From: Candidatus Obscuribacterales bacterium
Lineage (GTDB): Bacteria; Cyanobacteriota; Vampirovibrionia; Obscuribacterales; Obscuribacteraceae
Reading direction: 5' to 3'
DNA length: 64,000 nt
Assembly: GCA_965228855.1 (NCBI GenBank)
Contig: CBDDIJ010000005.1
Coordinates: 1,312,001 to 1,376,000, forward strand
A program made the position numbers and the translations under genes. Positions 18,499 through 28,131 of this stretch are shown here, one piece after another. Within the stretch, counting starts at the first letter, position 1; each line of letters begins with the position of its first letter. Under the pieces are notes generated by a model that saw nothing but the letters and a program-made list of their open reading frames with translations, did not search any database and was not told where the DNA came from.

Positions 18499-19608
18499 TT
18501 AGATGATTGTTGGCGGAGTTACCACTGCAGCAGCAGCTTGAACGGCAGCAGCAGCGGCTGCGGCTTGCTCTTTTGCCACGACTTCGTCGTACTTGCCGGT
18601 TACCTTCGCTATCCAGGTTTGGTTGGCCTTGTACCAGTTAATCGTTTCTCTGATTCCGGTTTCGAAGGTGTGCTTCGGCTCCCAGCCCAGCTCCGCTTGA
18701 ATTTTAGAAGAGTCGATTGCGTAGCGACGATCGTGTCCGAGTCGGTCTTCCACGTAGCGAATCATTTCTTCGCCTTTGTTGAGTTCACTCAGGAGAAGTT
18801 TGGTGATCTGCATATTGGTGCGCTCATTGTTGCCACCAATGTTGTAAACCTCACCTGGTAGACCTTTGTGGAACACCGCGTCAATCGCACGGCAGTGGTC
18901 CTCTACATGCAACCAATCGCGAACGTTGGCGCCGTCTCCATAAACCGGAACCTGCTTGCCGTTCATCAAGTTATCGATGAAGAGCGGAATCAGTTTTTCC
19001 GGATGCTGATACGGACCATAGTTGTTCGAACAACGCGTGATCATGACAGGCATGGCGAACGTATGGAAGTAAGCGCGGCACAGCATATCCGATCCGGCTT
19101 TACTTGCTGAGTACGGGCTGTTTGGCGCCAGAGGGGTTTCTTCCGTAAACAGTCCAGTCGGTCCAAGTGAACCGTAAACTTCGTCAGTCGAAATTTGAAC
19201 GTAGCGAATATTGAATTTCGCATCTACACCCGGCTTGGTGCCCTTCACAAGACCGTATCTGAAGGCGGCTTCAAGTAGAACCTGGGTGCCCATTACGTTG
19301 GAATTTACAAACACAGCGGGGTCTTCGATTGAACGATCGACATGGCTCTCAGCAGCGAGGTTGAGAATGCCATCGATAGGACCGGCATAGTCACCCGAGA
19401 CGATGTGGTTGACCACTTTCGAGTCTTCGATGCGTCCTTTGACAAATTTATAGCGAGGATTCTTGGAGATGTCCTCCACGTTTTCCTGGTGCCCTGCGTA
19501 TGTTTGAGCATCCAAGTTGATAATTTCATAGGTCGGGTACGTCTTGAGCAAATGACGCACAAGATTGCTGCCGATGAAGCCCAGGCCGCCTGTTACCAAG
19601 AGTCGCAT
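18499..19608 (-). CDS. rmlB: dTDP-glucose 4,6-dehydratase
   Basis: GGLGFIGS, AAESHVDRSI, STDEVYG, PNSPYSASK, SNNYGPYQHPEK, DRLGHDRRYAID. Confidence 0.96.
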   Translation of the reverse strand: MRLLVTGGLGFIGSNLVRHLLKTYPTYEIINLDAQTYAGHQENVEDISKNPRYKFVKGRIEDSKVVNHIVSGDYAGPIDGILNLAAESHVDRSIEDPAVFVNSNVMGTQVLLEAAFRYGLVKGTKPGVDAKFNIRYVQISTDEVYGSLGPTGLFTEETPLAPNSPYSASKAGSDMLCRAYFHTFAMPVMITRCSNNYGPYQHPEKLIPLFIDNLMNGKQVPVYGDGANVRDWLHVEDHCRAIDAVFHKGLPGEVYNIGGNNERTNMQITKLLLSELNKGEEMIRYVEDRLGHDRRYAIDSSKIQAELGWEPKHTFETGIRETINWYKANQTWIAKVTGKYDEVVAKEQAAAAAAAVQAAAAVVTPPTII

Positions 19609-19879
19609 ATGTTACCTCTGCTAGTCGCCGTTCGAGTAATTAACGTACGAAACGTCAGGATTGAATGTAGGCATTGTCCTAGGAGATTGTCGAGAAGATC
19701 AACCCGCCCCAGATAATCTAAACCCCGGTTAGCGTGATAATTGTCTTATGTTGTCGAGAGATGCGCATGGTTCTCATGGGGCACAAAATTAAACAGTGCT
19801 AAAGTTTGCGCTCGCTTCAACTATTGTTGAGTGAGCTAGCAATTTTTTTGGGTTTCCAAGAGATCGAAGCGACAATGGT

Positions 19880-20629
19880 TCAACATGCAAGGAGTTCGTC
19901 TCTCACAATCGGATGGCCATGAGCGTACACTGCAATTTCTTCCTTCACGCTCCCCTCCTCACGATCTTCTTCCGGATATGCGATACGGAGCGGTCTTGCC
20001 CCATCAATTTTAAAATCGCCAAGCAGGTTCCAGCTGTAAAAGAACTGACCCAACCATCCAGGCATCGACGAGCACAGCCGTCCCATCTCGACTCGCTGAT
20101 CAATGGAAAACTCCCTGGTGGCTTGACCTATCAGATTTTCGTTAACGGCGTCTTTGCCCAAGTGCCAAAGAGCACGAACTGTTTGCCCAACAAAACTGTC
20201 TCCCAGTGCCATCTTTCGAGGACTCACGCCTTTCAAAAGAATCTCTTCATCGCCAAACCGAAACTTACTCGTTCTACCGTTGGTGTGAAAAACATTCGGC
20301 GGTCCCGGCGTGTCAATTACGCCCCTCTGAAAGGCAATCTCACGTGCTGATTGAATGATTTCTCGACCGAAGGCCTTTGCCCTACAAGTCACCACCTCCA
20401 TCAGAGTGACGGGTGTGGTTCGCGAGCGCTTAACATACTGCCCCTGGCTGACTCTAACGAGCTCTCCAGTGACATGCACGAGCCGGTAGATCATGTTGTC
20501 CACAGCTTGGTCTGTGCCAAACAATACCAACATTCTTCGCGTAATTATTTGCTCATTGGGAGAATTCGAAATGAATTCCAATATACGGTCGGCAGTGTTA
20601 CGCGATGCGGCTGCACTCATACAGTTCAA
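19880..20629 (-). CDS. DUF6088 / AbiEi-type antitoxin-like wHTH protein
   Basis: AVDNMIYRLV..GELVRVSQGQY wHTH; FHTNGRTSKF...ILLKGVSPRKM...QTVRALWHLGK...MPGWL. Confidence 0.8.
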   Translation of the reverse strand: MNCMSAAASRNTADRILEFISNSPNEQIITRRMLVLFGTDQAVDNMIYRLVHVTGELVRVSQGQYVKRSRTTPVTLMEVVTCRAKAFGREIIQSAREIAFQRGVIDTPGPPNVFHTNGRTSKFRFGDEEILLKGVSPRKMALGDSFVGQTVRALWHLGKDAVNENLIGQATREFSIDQRVEMGRLCSSMPGWLGQFFYSWNLLGDFKIDGARPLRIAYPEEDREEGSVKEEIAVYAHGHPIVRDELLAC

Positions 20630-20649
20630 CTCCCTGGCGGTGAAAAAAT

Positions 20650-20748
20650 GCCCCTACTTTTAAATACGGAAAAATGACCAAAAAAGTTCAAAAATTGGAA
20701 AAGAAATTTTTGGTTTTCCAAAAGTTTTTTTCGGCTTTTCTTAGGGGC
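20650..20748. promoter_or_regulatory. AT-rich nested inverted repeats upstream of the AbiEi-like gene
   Basis: GCCCCTA (20650-20656) / TAGGGGC (20742-20748) enclosing TTGGAAAA-N11-TTTTCCAA (20695-20721); A-tracts on the left, T-tracts on the right. Confidence 0.45.
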
Positions 20749-20861
20749 TAAGATTTTTCGATTTTTTTCTTCGAGAAGGCAAACAAAGATTTTCGTCTGA
20801 TTTTCACAGCTTGCTCTATGATTTTTAGAGCTTTTTCAAACGACCACAGAACCACACCAAC

Positions 20862-21353
20862 ATGAACGAAACAATCGACGCCTTGTGCGCAACTCTCTAC
20901 AGCGCAATCTCGTTCCAGCCGGGAGCAGAATCAGACTATGAAACGATGCGCTCGTGTTTCCACAGCGCTGCGATTGTCACTCCGCCTATGGAAGACACAA
21001 ATGGAGTACTACTAACCCAAAGTGTCAATGAATTTATTGAAAACTTCAAAGAAAGCATTTATCGCGAAAATCTTATTAACATCGGCTGTGTTGAACGTGA
21101 GATTGATCGAGTAACAGCGCGTTTCGGACGCGTCGCGAATATCTGCAGCAGCTACGAATTTTTACTGACTGGCAACGATAAGCCGCTCGCTCGTGGTGTC
21201 AACTTTTTACATCTAGTGTATGACGGCTCGAGATGGTGGATACTGAGTCTGACCTGGGACCGCGCAGACAGCGAGCTATCCCCGTTGGCGGTATCGCAAA
21301 CTAACACCGCATCTAGTGCCAAACGCAAAAACGCGCGCCACCGTATGCGGTAG
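20862..21353 (+). CDS. NTF2/SnoaL-like protein
   Basis: LYSAISF...EREI....RFGRVANICSSYE...RGVNFLHLVYDGSRWWILSLTWD. Confidence 0.8.
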   Translation: MNETIDALCATLYSAISFQPGAESDYETMRSCFHSAAIVTPPMEDTNGVLLTQSVNEFIENFKESIYRENLINIGCVEREIDRVTARFGRVANICSSYEFLLTGNDKPLARGVNFLHLVYDGSRWWILSLTWDRADSELSPLAVSQTNTASSAKRKNARHRMR

Positions 21354-21360
21354 CACGCGT
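21327..21360 (-). terminator. Probable terminator after rmlA, overlapping the 3' end of the convergent gene
   Basis: Minus strand ACGCGTGCTACCG-CATA-CGGTGGCGCGCGT then TTTT. Confidence 0.6.
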
Positions 21361-21380
21361 TCTCGACAGGCCAAAATGGT

Positions 21381-22454
21381 TTAAACGACCTCAACCTTAC
21401 TGTCGTCACCCAACATTAAACGATAAGCTACAGGTCGATTGTCGCCTCTTGTCAGCTCTACGTTCACGCCGATCAAACTATCGGCGATTCTTCCGTGAAA
21501 ATCAGTGATTTTGCAGTCCTCTCTGAGAATGCAGTGCTCGATCTCCGCGAAGGAAACACGGGCGCGGTCACCGATCGAAGTAAATGGACCGACGTAGCTA
21601 TTCTCAAGGATGCAGTCTTCGCCGATGACAGCTGGTCCCCGCACTGTGCAGTTTTTCAACTGGGTGCCTTTCCCGATCGCAACTCGCCCGGAAACGCGTG
21701 ACCCCTCATCGATTGAGCCAGCAATGTTGACGTCTACCATTTCATCGAGAACAACCCGGTTAGCCTCGAGCATGTCGTCCTTTTTCCCGGTATCCAGCCA
21801 CCAACTGCGAAGGATGTGGCTGTCCACTTTGTGACCGATGTCAATCAACTTTTGAATCGCATCGGTGATTTCCAACTCACCCCGGCGACTGGGTTTGATC
21901 AAACTGATCGCCTTGTGAATTTCTTTGTTGAACAGATATACGCCTACGAGAGCGAGATTGGACTTCGGCTGAGCGGGTTTCTCTTCAAGAACTACGATTC
22001 CACCCTTTTCATCCAGAACGGCAACACCGAAAGAGGAAGGATTTTCAACTTCCTTCAAAAGAATGAACGCGTCAGCCGAGCCTTTTTGGAATCGCTCGAC
22101 GAGCGGCCCCACTCCGTCCTTAATCAGGTTATCGCCAAGATACATAACAAACGGGTCGTCGCCAAGGAAGTCCTGAGCGGTCTTTACAGCATGAGCAAGC
22201 CCGAGCGGCTCAGCCTGCAAGATATACTCAACGCGAATGCCCCAACGGTCGCCGTTTCCGACACAACCCTTAACGTCTTCGCCAGTTTCAGGACTGATGA
22301 TGATGCCGATCTCTTTGATGCCAGCATCGATAAGCGCTTCGACTCCGTAGTACAGAATCGGCTTGTTCGCGACCGGCAGCAGCTGTTTAGCCGCTGTGTG
22401 CGTGATTGGCCGCATTCTCGTTCCCTTGCCGCCGCTTAGAATTAGTCCCTTCAT
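21381..22454 (-). CDS. rmlA: Glucose-1-phosphate thymidylyltransferase, long form
   Basis: LSGGKGTRMRPIT...KQLLPVANKP, YLGDN, SRRGELEITDAI, WWLDTGK, C-terminal LbH repeats. Confidence 0.95.
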   Translation of the reverse strand: MKGLILSGGKGTRMRPITHTAAKQLLPVANKPILYYGVEALIDAGIKEIGIIISPETGEDVKGCVGNGDRWGIRVEYILQAEPLGLAHAVKTAQDFLGDDPFVMYLGDNLIKDGVGPLVERFQKGSADAFILLKEVENPSSFGVAVLDEKGGIVVLEEKPAQPKSNLALVGVYLFNKEIHKAISLIKPSRRGELEITDAIQKLIDIGHKVDSHILRSWWLDTGKKDDMLEANRVVLDEMVDVNIAGSIDEGSRVSGRVAIGKGTQLKNCTVRGPAVIGEDCILENSYVGPFTSIGDRARVSFAEIEHCILREDCKITDFHGRIADSLIGVNVELTRGDNRPVAYRLMLGDDSKVEVV

Positions 22455-22489
22455 TGCATTAACCTGCTAGTTGTGTGTATTTCTCGCGT

Positions 22490-23065
22490 CTACTTGTTTC
22501 CGCGACCACCGAAAACGGCACTCACGGTCAAAAACATAATGCGCCAGTCCAGAAAATAGTTCCAATTGTCGCAATACCATTTGTCAAAGCTAACCTTGAC
22601 CTCATCAGCGAGCTCGTCACGACCGTTTACCTGCGCCCAGCCGGTGATACCAGGAGGGAACGCAAGAACGCCGGCCGCTTCGCGCAAAGCTGTTAGTTCC
22701 GTTTGATTATACAGAGCCGGTCTGGGACCGACTAAACTCATCTCCCCCTTGAGCACGTTCAGGAGCTGCGGAAGTTCATCTATGCTGAACCTTCGCAATA
22801 CCGCACCCGAGGGAGTTATGGGGCTCGGCAAGCCCTGCATCTTGTCCGTAGCTAGATCTGGAGTGCCCTGCCGCATAGTCCTGAATTTATAAATTTCAAA
22901 CAATTCCCCATCTTTTCCCACGCGCTTCTGGCGAAAAATGATGGGTCCCTCTGAATCCATTTTGATCCAGAGCGCTGCAACAACCATAGGCAGAGCGGAG
23001 ATCAACAAGGCAATCAGAGTGAGAGTGATGTCGGTTAAACGTTTCATCGGCATAATCAGTTGCAA
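22490..23065 (-). CDS. Polyprenyl-phosphate sugar-1-phosphate transferase (small Bac_transf, PglC/WcaJ-like)
   Basis: KRLTD, FRQKRVGKDG, KFRTM, SIDELPQLLNVLKGEMSLVGPRP, PGITGWAQVNGR. Confidence 0.93.
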   Translation of the reverse strand: MQLIMPMKRLTDITLTLIALLISALPMVVAALWIKMDSEGPIIFRQKRVGKDGELFEIYKFRTMRQGTPDLATDKMQGLPSPITPSGAVLRRFSIDELPQLLNVLKGEMSLVGPRPALYNQTELTALREAAGVLAFPPGITGWAQVNGRDELADEVKVSFDKWYCDNWNYFLDWRIMFLTVSAVFGGRGNK

Positions 23066-23222
23066 ATTGTACCGATGGCAAGCGCCGTTCGTTTCGCACA
23101 GACGATAATAATCACCTTATGTATACAATGCCTTAGAGGAGTAAAACCTCATCGCCAAGAGAGCCAGGTACAATGAGCTCTCCTTCCGTCATTCCTGAAT
23201 CACGCTGGCAGAAGTCTCCGCA

Positions 23223-24128
23223 ATGCGCCTCTCGATAGTTACAGTCAGCTGGAACACTCGCGATCTCCTGGATCGCTGCCTGACTACGGTCAAACAGGAA
23301 CTAGAGAGCCTGAGTGACGTCGAGTCCGAAGTCTTCCTGATCGATAACGACTCTCACGACGGATCAGCGGACATGGTTGCTAAAAACCATCCATGGGTTC
23401 GGCTTGTCCGCAACCAGTCCAATCTGGGATTTGCAAAAGCCAACAATCAGGCGTTACGAGAAACGAGTAGCGAGTACGTTCTGCTCCTCAATCCGGACAC
23501 AGAGGTTCTTCCAGACGCTATTAGAACACTGATCGAATTTCTCGAAACCAATCCGAATTGTGGAGTCGTTGCTCCACAGCTTTTGAACACTGACGGCAGT
23601 GTGCAAAGATCCTGCCGGGCATTTCCAACTTTCATCGGCATGCTCTATGAGCTTCTGGGTCTGAGCAGGATGTTTCCCGCCGGTTCCGAACAAGGAAAGA
23701 AATTTCGCGAATATAAAATGCTGGACTGGAACCATGATGACAAGCGCGAGGTAGACCAACCGGAGGGCGCCTGCCTGATGATCCGGCGCAAAGTCCTGGA
23801 TGAAGTCGGTCTGCTGGACGAGGGCTACTTCATGCTTTTCGAAGAAGTCGACTGGTGTTACCGTGTCAAACAACACGGTTGGCAAATATGGTTCGACCCG
23901 GCTTCGCAGGTAATTCACCACTATGGTCAGTCTATAAAACAAGTGAAGGCGCGCATGATCCTGTCCTCTCATCGTGGTTTGTATCGTTTTTGGAGAAAAC
24001 ACTACCGCGGAAACCGCTGGTATATGGATGGATTCGCATACGTTGGTCTGATGTTGCTCGCTTACGTACGCATAGCGGCCTACATGCTGAAAACTACACT
24101 TAGAGGCGGCCGACAAGAGGCTGTCTAA
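23223..24128 (+). CDS. GT2 glycosyltransferase (WbbL-like rhamnosyltransferase)
   Basis: IDNDSHDGS, NLGFAKANN, LLNPD, GACLMIRR, GLLDEGYFMLFEEVDWCYR. Confidence 0.9.
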   Translation: MRLSIVTVSWNTRDLLDRCLTTVKQELESLSDVESEVFLIDNDSHDGSADMVAKNHPWVRLVRNQSNLGFAKANNQALRETSSEYVLLLNPDTEVLPDAIRTLIEFLETNPNCGVVAPQLLNTDGSVQRSCRAFPTFIGMLYELLGLSRMFPAGSEQGKKFREYKMLDWNHDDKREVDQPEGACLMIRRKVLDEVGLLDEGYFMLFEEVDWCYRVKQHGWQIWFDPASQVIHHYGQSIKQVKARMILSSHRGLYRFWRKHYRGNRWYMDGFAYVGLMLLAYVRIAAYMLKTTLRGGRQEAV

Positions 24129-24154
24129 ACTCACTCATCAACATCTGGAGTTTT

Positions 24155-25183
24155 ATGGGAAAGAAACTTCTAACGATAGCGCTTCTTGGATTGTTTATTT
24201 TTGCGGTACCTCCCTCAAGCGCGCAGAACGGTGATTTGAAGACCGCTCACACGCTCTTCACCAATGGCAAATTTGCTGAAGCTGCTGATCTGTTTGCAAA
24301 GGCAATTGGCGGCCCGGCAAAGAATAATCCACTGGCGCACTATTACTATGCCACCTGTCTCAATCATCTCGGCAAAACCCATCAAGCCAACTCAGAGTAC
24401 AGAATGACGCTTACCCTGAATCCACCAGCCACCATTGCAAACTACTGTCGTCAAGCACTTGGACAAAGAACCAAGACACCTTCCGGCACCTCCGAAAGTT
24501 CGAACAGCTCGCCCGGTCAGCCTCCTTCGAGCAGTGCCCCTGTCAGTACATCATCAAGAGCAATTGATCCGGCCGACAAAGCCTTGCTTGAAATTCACAG
24601 GCATACTCAAGACACGGATGCGATATCCAGCATAGTGCTGGCGGCACTGTCTGCGATACCACGAAAAATTAAGGACGAAGTGAAAGACGGTGGTTGCAAA
24701 ATCCTGATTTGTCCTACCATCCTCGAAGCAAATCCGCATTTGGCAAACAACAAGGCGGCGGGCTACGTTCACGGCGGTGGCTATGACAACTGCCCCGGAA
24801 TGTTCTATTCCGGAACCAAGATTTTGTACATCGCCGAGCGTGTTTCATGGAAATCCAGTCCTCCGGAGCAAAATCGGGGAGCAGCTAGCACAACTTTGCA
24901 TGAATTCGGTCATGCCTACGATTTCGTCAAAGGCAAACTCTCCACGGGAGGAGAATTTGCCTCCGCATACCGCGAAGACTTCGGACGTTTGACGAACTCA
25001 CAACGAACGGAATGGCAGTATTACTGCCAAGATGACGGTGGCGAGCGAGGACGCTCCGAGTGCTTTGCAGAGCTTTTTGCAATTTCGCATGGCACCGGGG
25101 CCGGTATCACCAGAGGAACGACCGGACTGGTCAATGTGTTTCCCAAAACCTTCAGTTACATGAAGCAGCTCTCGTTGATGTAG
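24155..25183 (+). CDS. Secreted TPR protein with anthrax-lethal-factor-like zinc metallopeptidase domain
   Basis: Signal peptide; TPR (NPLAHYYYATCL); TLHEFGHAYD and downstream SECFAELF; C-terminal FPKTFSY. Confidence 0.8.
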   Translation: MGKKLLTIALLGLFIFAVPPSSAQNGDLKTAHTLFTNGKFAEAADLFAKAIGGPAKNNPLAHYYYATCLNHLGKTHQANSEYRMTLTLNPPATIANYCRQALGQRTKTPSGTSESSNSSPGQPPSSSAPVSTSSRAIDPADKALLEIHRHTQDTDAISSIVLAALSAIPRKIKDEVKDGGCKILICPTILEANPHLANNKAAGYVHGGGYDNCPGMFYSGTKILYIAERVSWKSSPPEQNRGAASTTLHEFGHAYDFVKGKLSTGGEFASAYREDFGRLTNSQRTEWQYYCQDDGGERGRSECFAELFAISHGTGAGITRGTTGLVNVFPKTFSYMKQLSLM

Positions 25184-25218
25184 CCTTTCCGTCACGCTCA
25201 AATTTGTGCAGACAGCCT

Positions 25219-25434
25219 TCAAGGTGGCGTAATCCTGGACTCGGCACACTCGCACTCATCAACGGAAATAATTCGCGCTCTGCCCGCTCGGCCGTCAAAC
25301 AGACACGCGGACACCAACGCAGACATAATCGAGAACGTAACCGCCATGAGCAGAAGCAGACTAGCGTCAGCGTTTGCAGCATTTTCAAAACCGAACTCCA
25401 ACATAGCGAACCCTCCAGCGAAAAGACCCCTCAA
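25219..25434 (-). CDS. Possible small membrane protein
   Basis: Short ORF with one hydrophobic segment in an otherwise empty interval. Confidence 0.3.
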   Translation of the reverse strand: MRGLFAGGFAMLEFGFENAANADASLLLLMAVTFSIMSALVSACLFDGRAGRARIISVDECECAESRITPP

Positions 25435-25644
25435 TCTTTAATACGTAGAATCGAGGCAAAAAGTTCAATTCGCCCAGCCCGATTTTGACACCCCTAAATG
25501 CCTATCAGACAATGGTCTTGAGATATCTGGCGGCTCTAGCTACTTGACGGTTTGTGAGCTGTTAATAAGAAGATTGTTTAGATCCGGTATAGTTCGTGTT
25601 CCTGCTGATATGTTAGTTTTCAAGGAGCACTGACGAACAAACCG

Positions 25645-27048
25645 ATGGCCACTCGTCCATTACCTAGATATTTTGTCAGTCGCTCTGACTCCGAATGGTC
25701 TGAACAAGGCTTGATAAGTCAGTTGGAACCTGTTCATGCCATCGACAGTTTTTTTCTGGGCGGCAGACACGTTGCCGAGCGCGAATGGCTTGTCACGATT
25801 GATGCTGCAGGATTTTTGAAAGCAGTTTCCGATGACGATTTATCGGCGCTACCTGAAGAGGTGCAGCAAGATCTGGCATTCAATGAGGTTATCGGCTCAG
25901 CTGCCAGCAGGACGATAGATGGCCAGGAATTCTACATCTTTCACCTGGAAGCGCTTGAACAGCCGCCGGAAACGCCTGGTCTCAACGATCCTGTCTATCT
26001 CTACGGGACAATGTACGGACCCTTCCCTGCGGCATCGGAAGACTGTTACCGTGGCATTCAAGGACAATTGACGGTAAACAGAATTGACTTACTTGCCGGT
26101 GTAGTCAATTCAGCCCAATATTCATTCCATTATCAAACCGGCGCTGCCGGAGCAACCCAGCGGTGCTTCAACATTCTTCTTCCGGGCGATCGAGAAGAGG
26201 AAATCATGCGCGGAAAAGGGCTGGTCATGACTTATCCGTTAATGCCTGGTGATGTCGGACTCGGAGATCCATGGAATGAGTTCCTCGTCTCCAATCTCAT
26301 TTACGACATGCTTGATGCTCTGAAAGACGACATTCAGAAAGAAAAAGTGAATCACCCACTGAAAGACATGACACTACCAGTGGTGAGCCGGTTTGCATTC
26401 GAGAGTGATTTGAAATCCCAGGGCTACGTGATCAAGGGCGACACGGCGATGCGGCAACCGGGAGCAGCTGGAGGACTTCCGAACATTCTTCCCGATGTTT
26501 TGAATAAACCATTGCCCAAGTCGATCACAAATGCGATCGGCAAAATCATAAAAGACAAGTTCACCCTTCCTCCCGAGGGAGCCGTCGACGACTTTATCGC
26601 TTTGGCACAACAGTCGCTTTTGAAACTGCCTGGCTACCCGCCACCGCGGGCGAAGGCACTTCAGAGTCGTGTGCGCTCAGCTTCCGTCGAAGCTCGCGCC
26701 GGTCAAAGCCGCAAAACAGCGGCGCCGCCCAGACCAATCAAAACGCCCACTGGCTCGGTTTCCACCCCTCCACCCGCTCAAAAATCAAAAAAATCTGAAT
26801 GGATGAATGACTTCATAACCACTCATAGACAGGAACCAGGCAAGACTGAAACCCGGCTCACCAACTTGACTAGCGTGTCTCAGATCGCGCAAAAAGTTTC
26901 TTCCCAGAGACCCTCGAGCAAAAATCCCGAATGGTTAAATGATTTTAGCTCGCAAAATAAACCGAGTAAGGAGGATCGAAAAACAACCCAACCATCAGAG
27001 CACAAGACATCGGAGTCAACGCCTGATTGGATGAAAGATTTCGAATAA
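25645..27048 (+). CDS. Hypothetical protein with disordered tail carrying three W-[ML]-x-D-F motifs
   Basis: 467 aa; AGGAG upstream; SEWMNDF, PEWLNDF, PDWMKDFE*. Confidence 0.8.
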   Translation: MATRPLPRYFVSRSDSEWSEQGLISQLEPVHAIDSFFLGGRHVAEREWLVTIDAAGFLKAVSDDDLSALPEEVQQDLAFNEVIGSAASRTIDGQEFYIFHLEALEQPPETPGLNDPVYLYGTMYGPFPAASEDCYRGIQGQLTVNRIDLLAGVVNSAQYSFHYQTGAAGATQRCFNILLPGDREEEIMRGKGLVMTYPLMPGDVGLGDPWNEFLVSNLIYDMLDALKDDIQKEKVNHPLKDMTLPVVSRFAFESDLKSQGYVIKGDTAMRQPGAAGGLPNILPDVLNKPLPKSITNAIGKIIKDKFTLPPEGAVDDFIALAQQSLLKLPGYPPPRAKALQSRVRSASVEARAGQSRKTAAPPRPIKTPTGSVSTPPPAQKSKKSEWMNDFITTHRQEPGKTETRLTNLTSVSQIAQKVSSQRPSSKNPEWLNDFSSQNKPSKEDRKTTQPSEHKTSESTPDWMKDFE

Positions 27049-27138
27049 TCGAAAGGCAATCCTCGTAAATGGAATCCCGTTCTGAGTTGTTAGAAAGCCG
27101 ACGAAGTGTCGGTTAGTAGAAGGATGAAACAAAAACCT

Positions 27139-28071
27139 ATGACGAAAGTGCACGAAAGACCGGTAGAGCCCTTTTCGGACATCCACTTCGAGCATGGCGA
27201 AGTGCGTGCAACGCTGTTGCACGATCCGACCGTCGAAGGTCTCGACATGGCCATCTACCTGGATGGTTCCGGCAGCATGGAAGACGAGTACGAGTACAAA
27301 AAGAAATGGAAAGGAATCGTAAACTGGTTGTTCGGCACCAACACCGAATTTAAACCCAACGTTGTAGAGCCGCAGGTCAGATGGATTCTGGAATACCTGG
27401 CCACAAAGGATCGTAATGGTTTGCTTCGCGTGGCCTACTGGGCCTGTGGAAACAAGTCCTCTATCGAGGTGATCGGCGAACTGAAAGGTCAGGACGTCGA
27501 AAGTTATAAATTCCCGGGTCCAAGTGTTTTCGGATCTTCTACAAACCTGGAGCCGGCGCTTCGCGATTTTGTTTCATACATGAAGGATCAAGCGCTGCGC
27601 GGCGCTCGTCAGGGATGCGCAGTGTTCGTCACGGACGGCGTCATCCACGACGCGGACAGAGTAAAAGCTTTCTGCGATTCGGTTGTACGCGACATGAAAA
27701 ACGGCAAGCTGCCTAGGCTAAACTTCATTCTGGTTGGTGTCGGTGATGGTGTCGACGAAGAACAAATGGAGGACATCTGTCATGCCGAGTATCCCGGATT
27801 TGGACATTTGTGGTGCCACCGAGTAGCCGAGGAAATCAATGAAGTCGCAGAACTGGTTGCCGTACTCGTTGATGAAACGATGACAGTCGCATCAGGTGGT
27901 ATCGTATACGATGACAAGGGAAAAATTGTTGCTCGTTACGAAGCGCGTCTACCCGCCATTCTTGAGTTCAACGTACCCGAAGGCTGTAAGGCCTTTACGC
28001 TCGAAATCAACGGACAGAAGTTTACCCAGCCACTTCCCGAAGACGACGACGATGATGACGATCATCATTAA
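27139..28071 (+). CDS. vWA (MIDAS) domain protein, paralog 1, ending D7HH
   Basis: DGSGSM...T...VTDG MIDAS; LVGVG; ICHAEYPGFGHLWCHR; start set by alignment to paralog 2 (ATG 27124 also possible). Confidence 0.85.
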   Translation: MTKVHERPVEPFSDIHFEHGEVRATLLHDPTVEGLDMAIYLDGSGSMEDEYEYKKKWKGIVNWLFGTNTEFKPNVVEPQVRWILEYLATKDRNGLLRVAYWACGNKSSIEVIGELKGQDVESYKFPGPSVFGSSTNLEPALRDFVSYMKDQALRGARQGCAVFVTDGVIHDADRVKAFCDSVVRDMKNGKLPRLNFILVGVGDGVDEEQMEDICHAEYPGFGHLWCHRVAEEINEVAELVAVLVDETMTVASGGIVYDDKGKIVARYEARLPAILEFNVPEGCKAFTLEINGQKFTQPLPEDDDDDDDHH

Positions 28072-28131
28072 ACGATAGCGCTCTCTCCAGGGAATTCGCG
28101 TCTATCAGGTCTTTTCCGAAGGATTAAAACA

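Noticed and set aside
18499..18580. Poly-Ala C-terminal extension of RmlB
   Set aside because: Short low-complexity tail with no further evidence of function.
19609..21380. Mobile element call for the segment inside the rml cluster
   Set aside because: No transposase, integrase, terminal repeats or target-site duplication found by eye.
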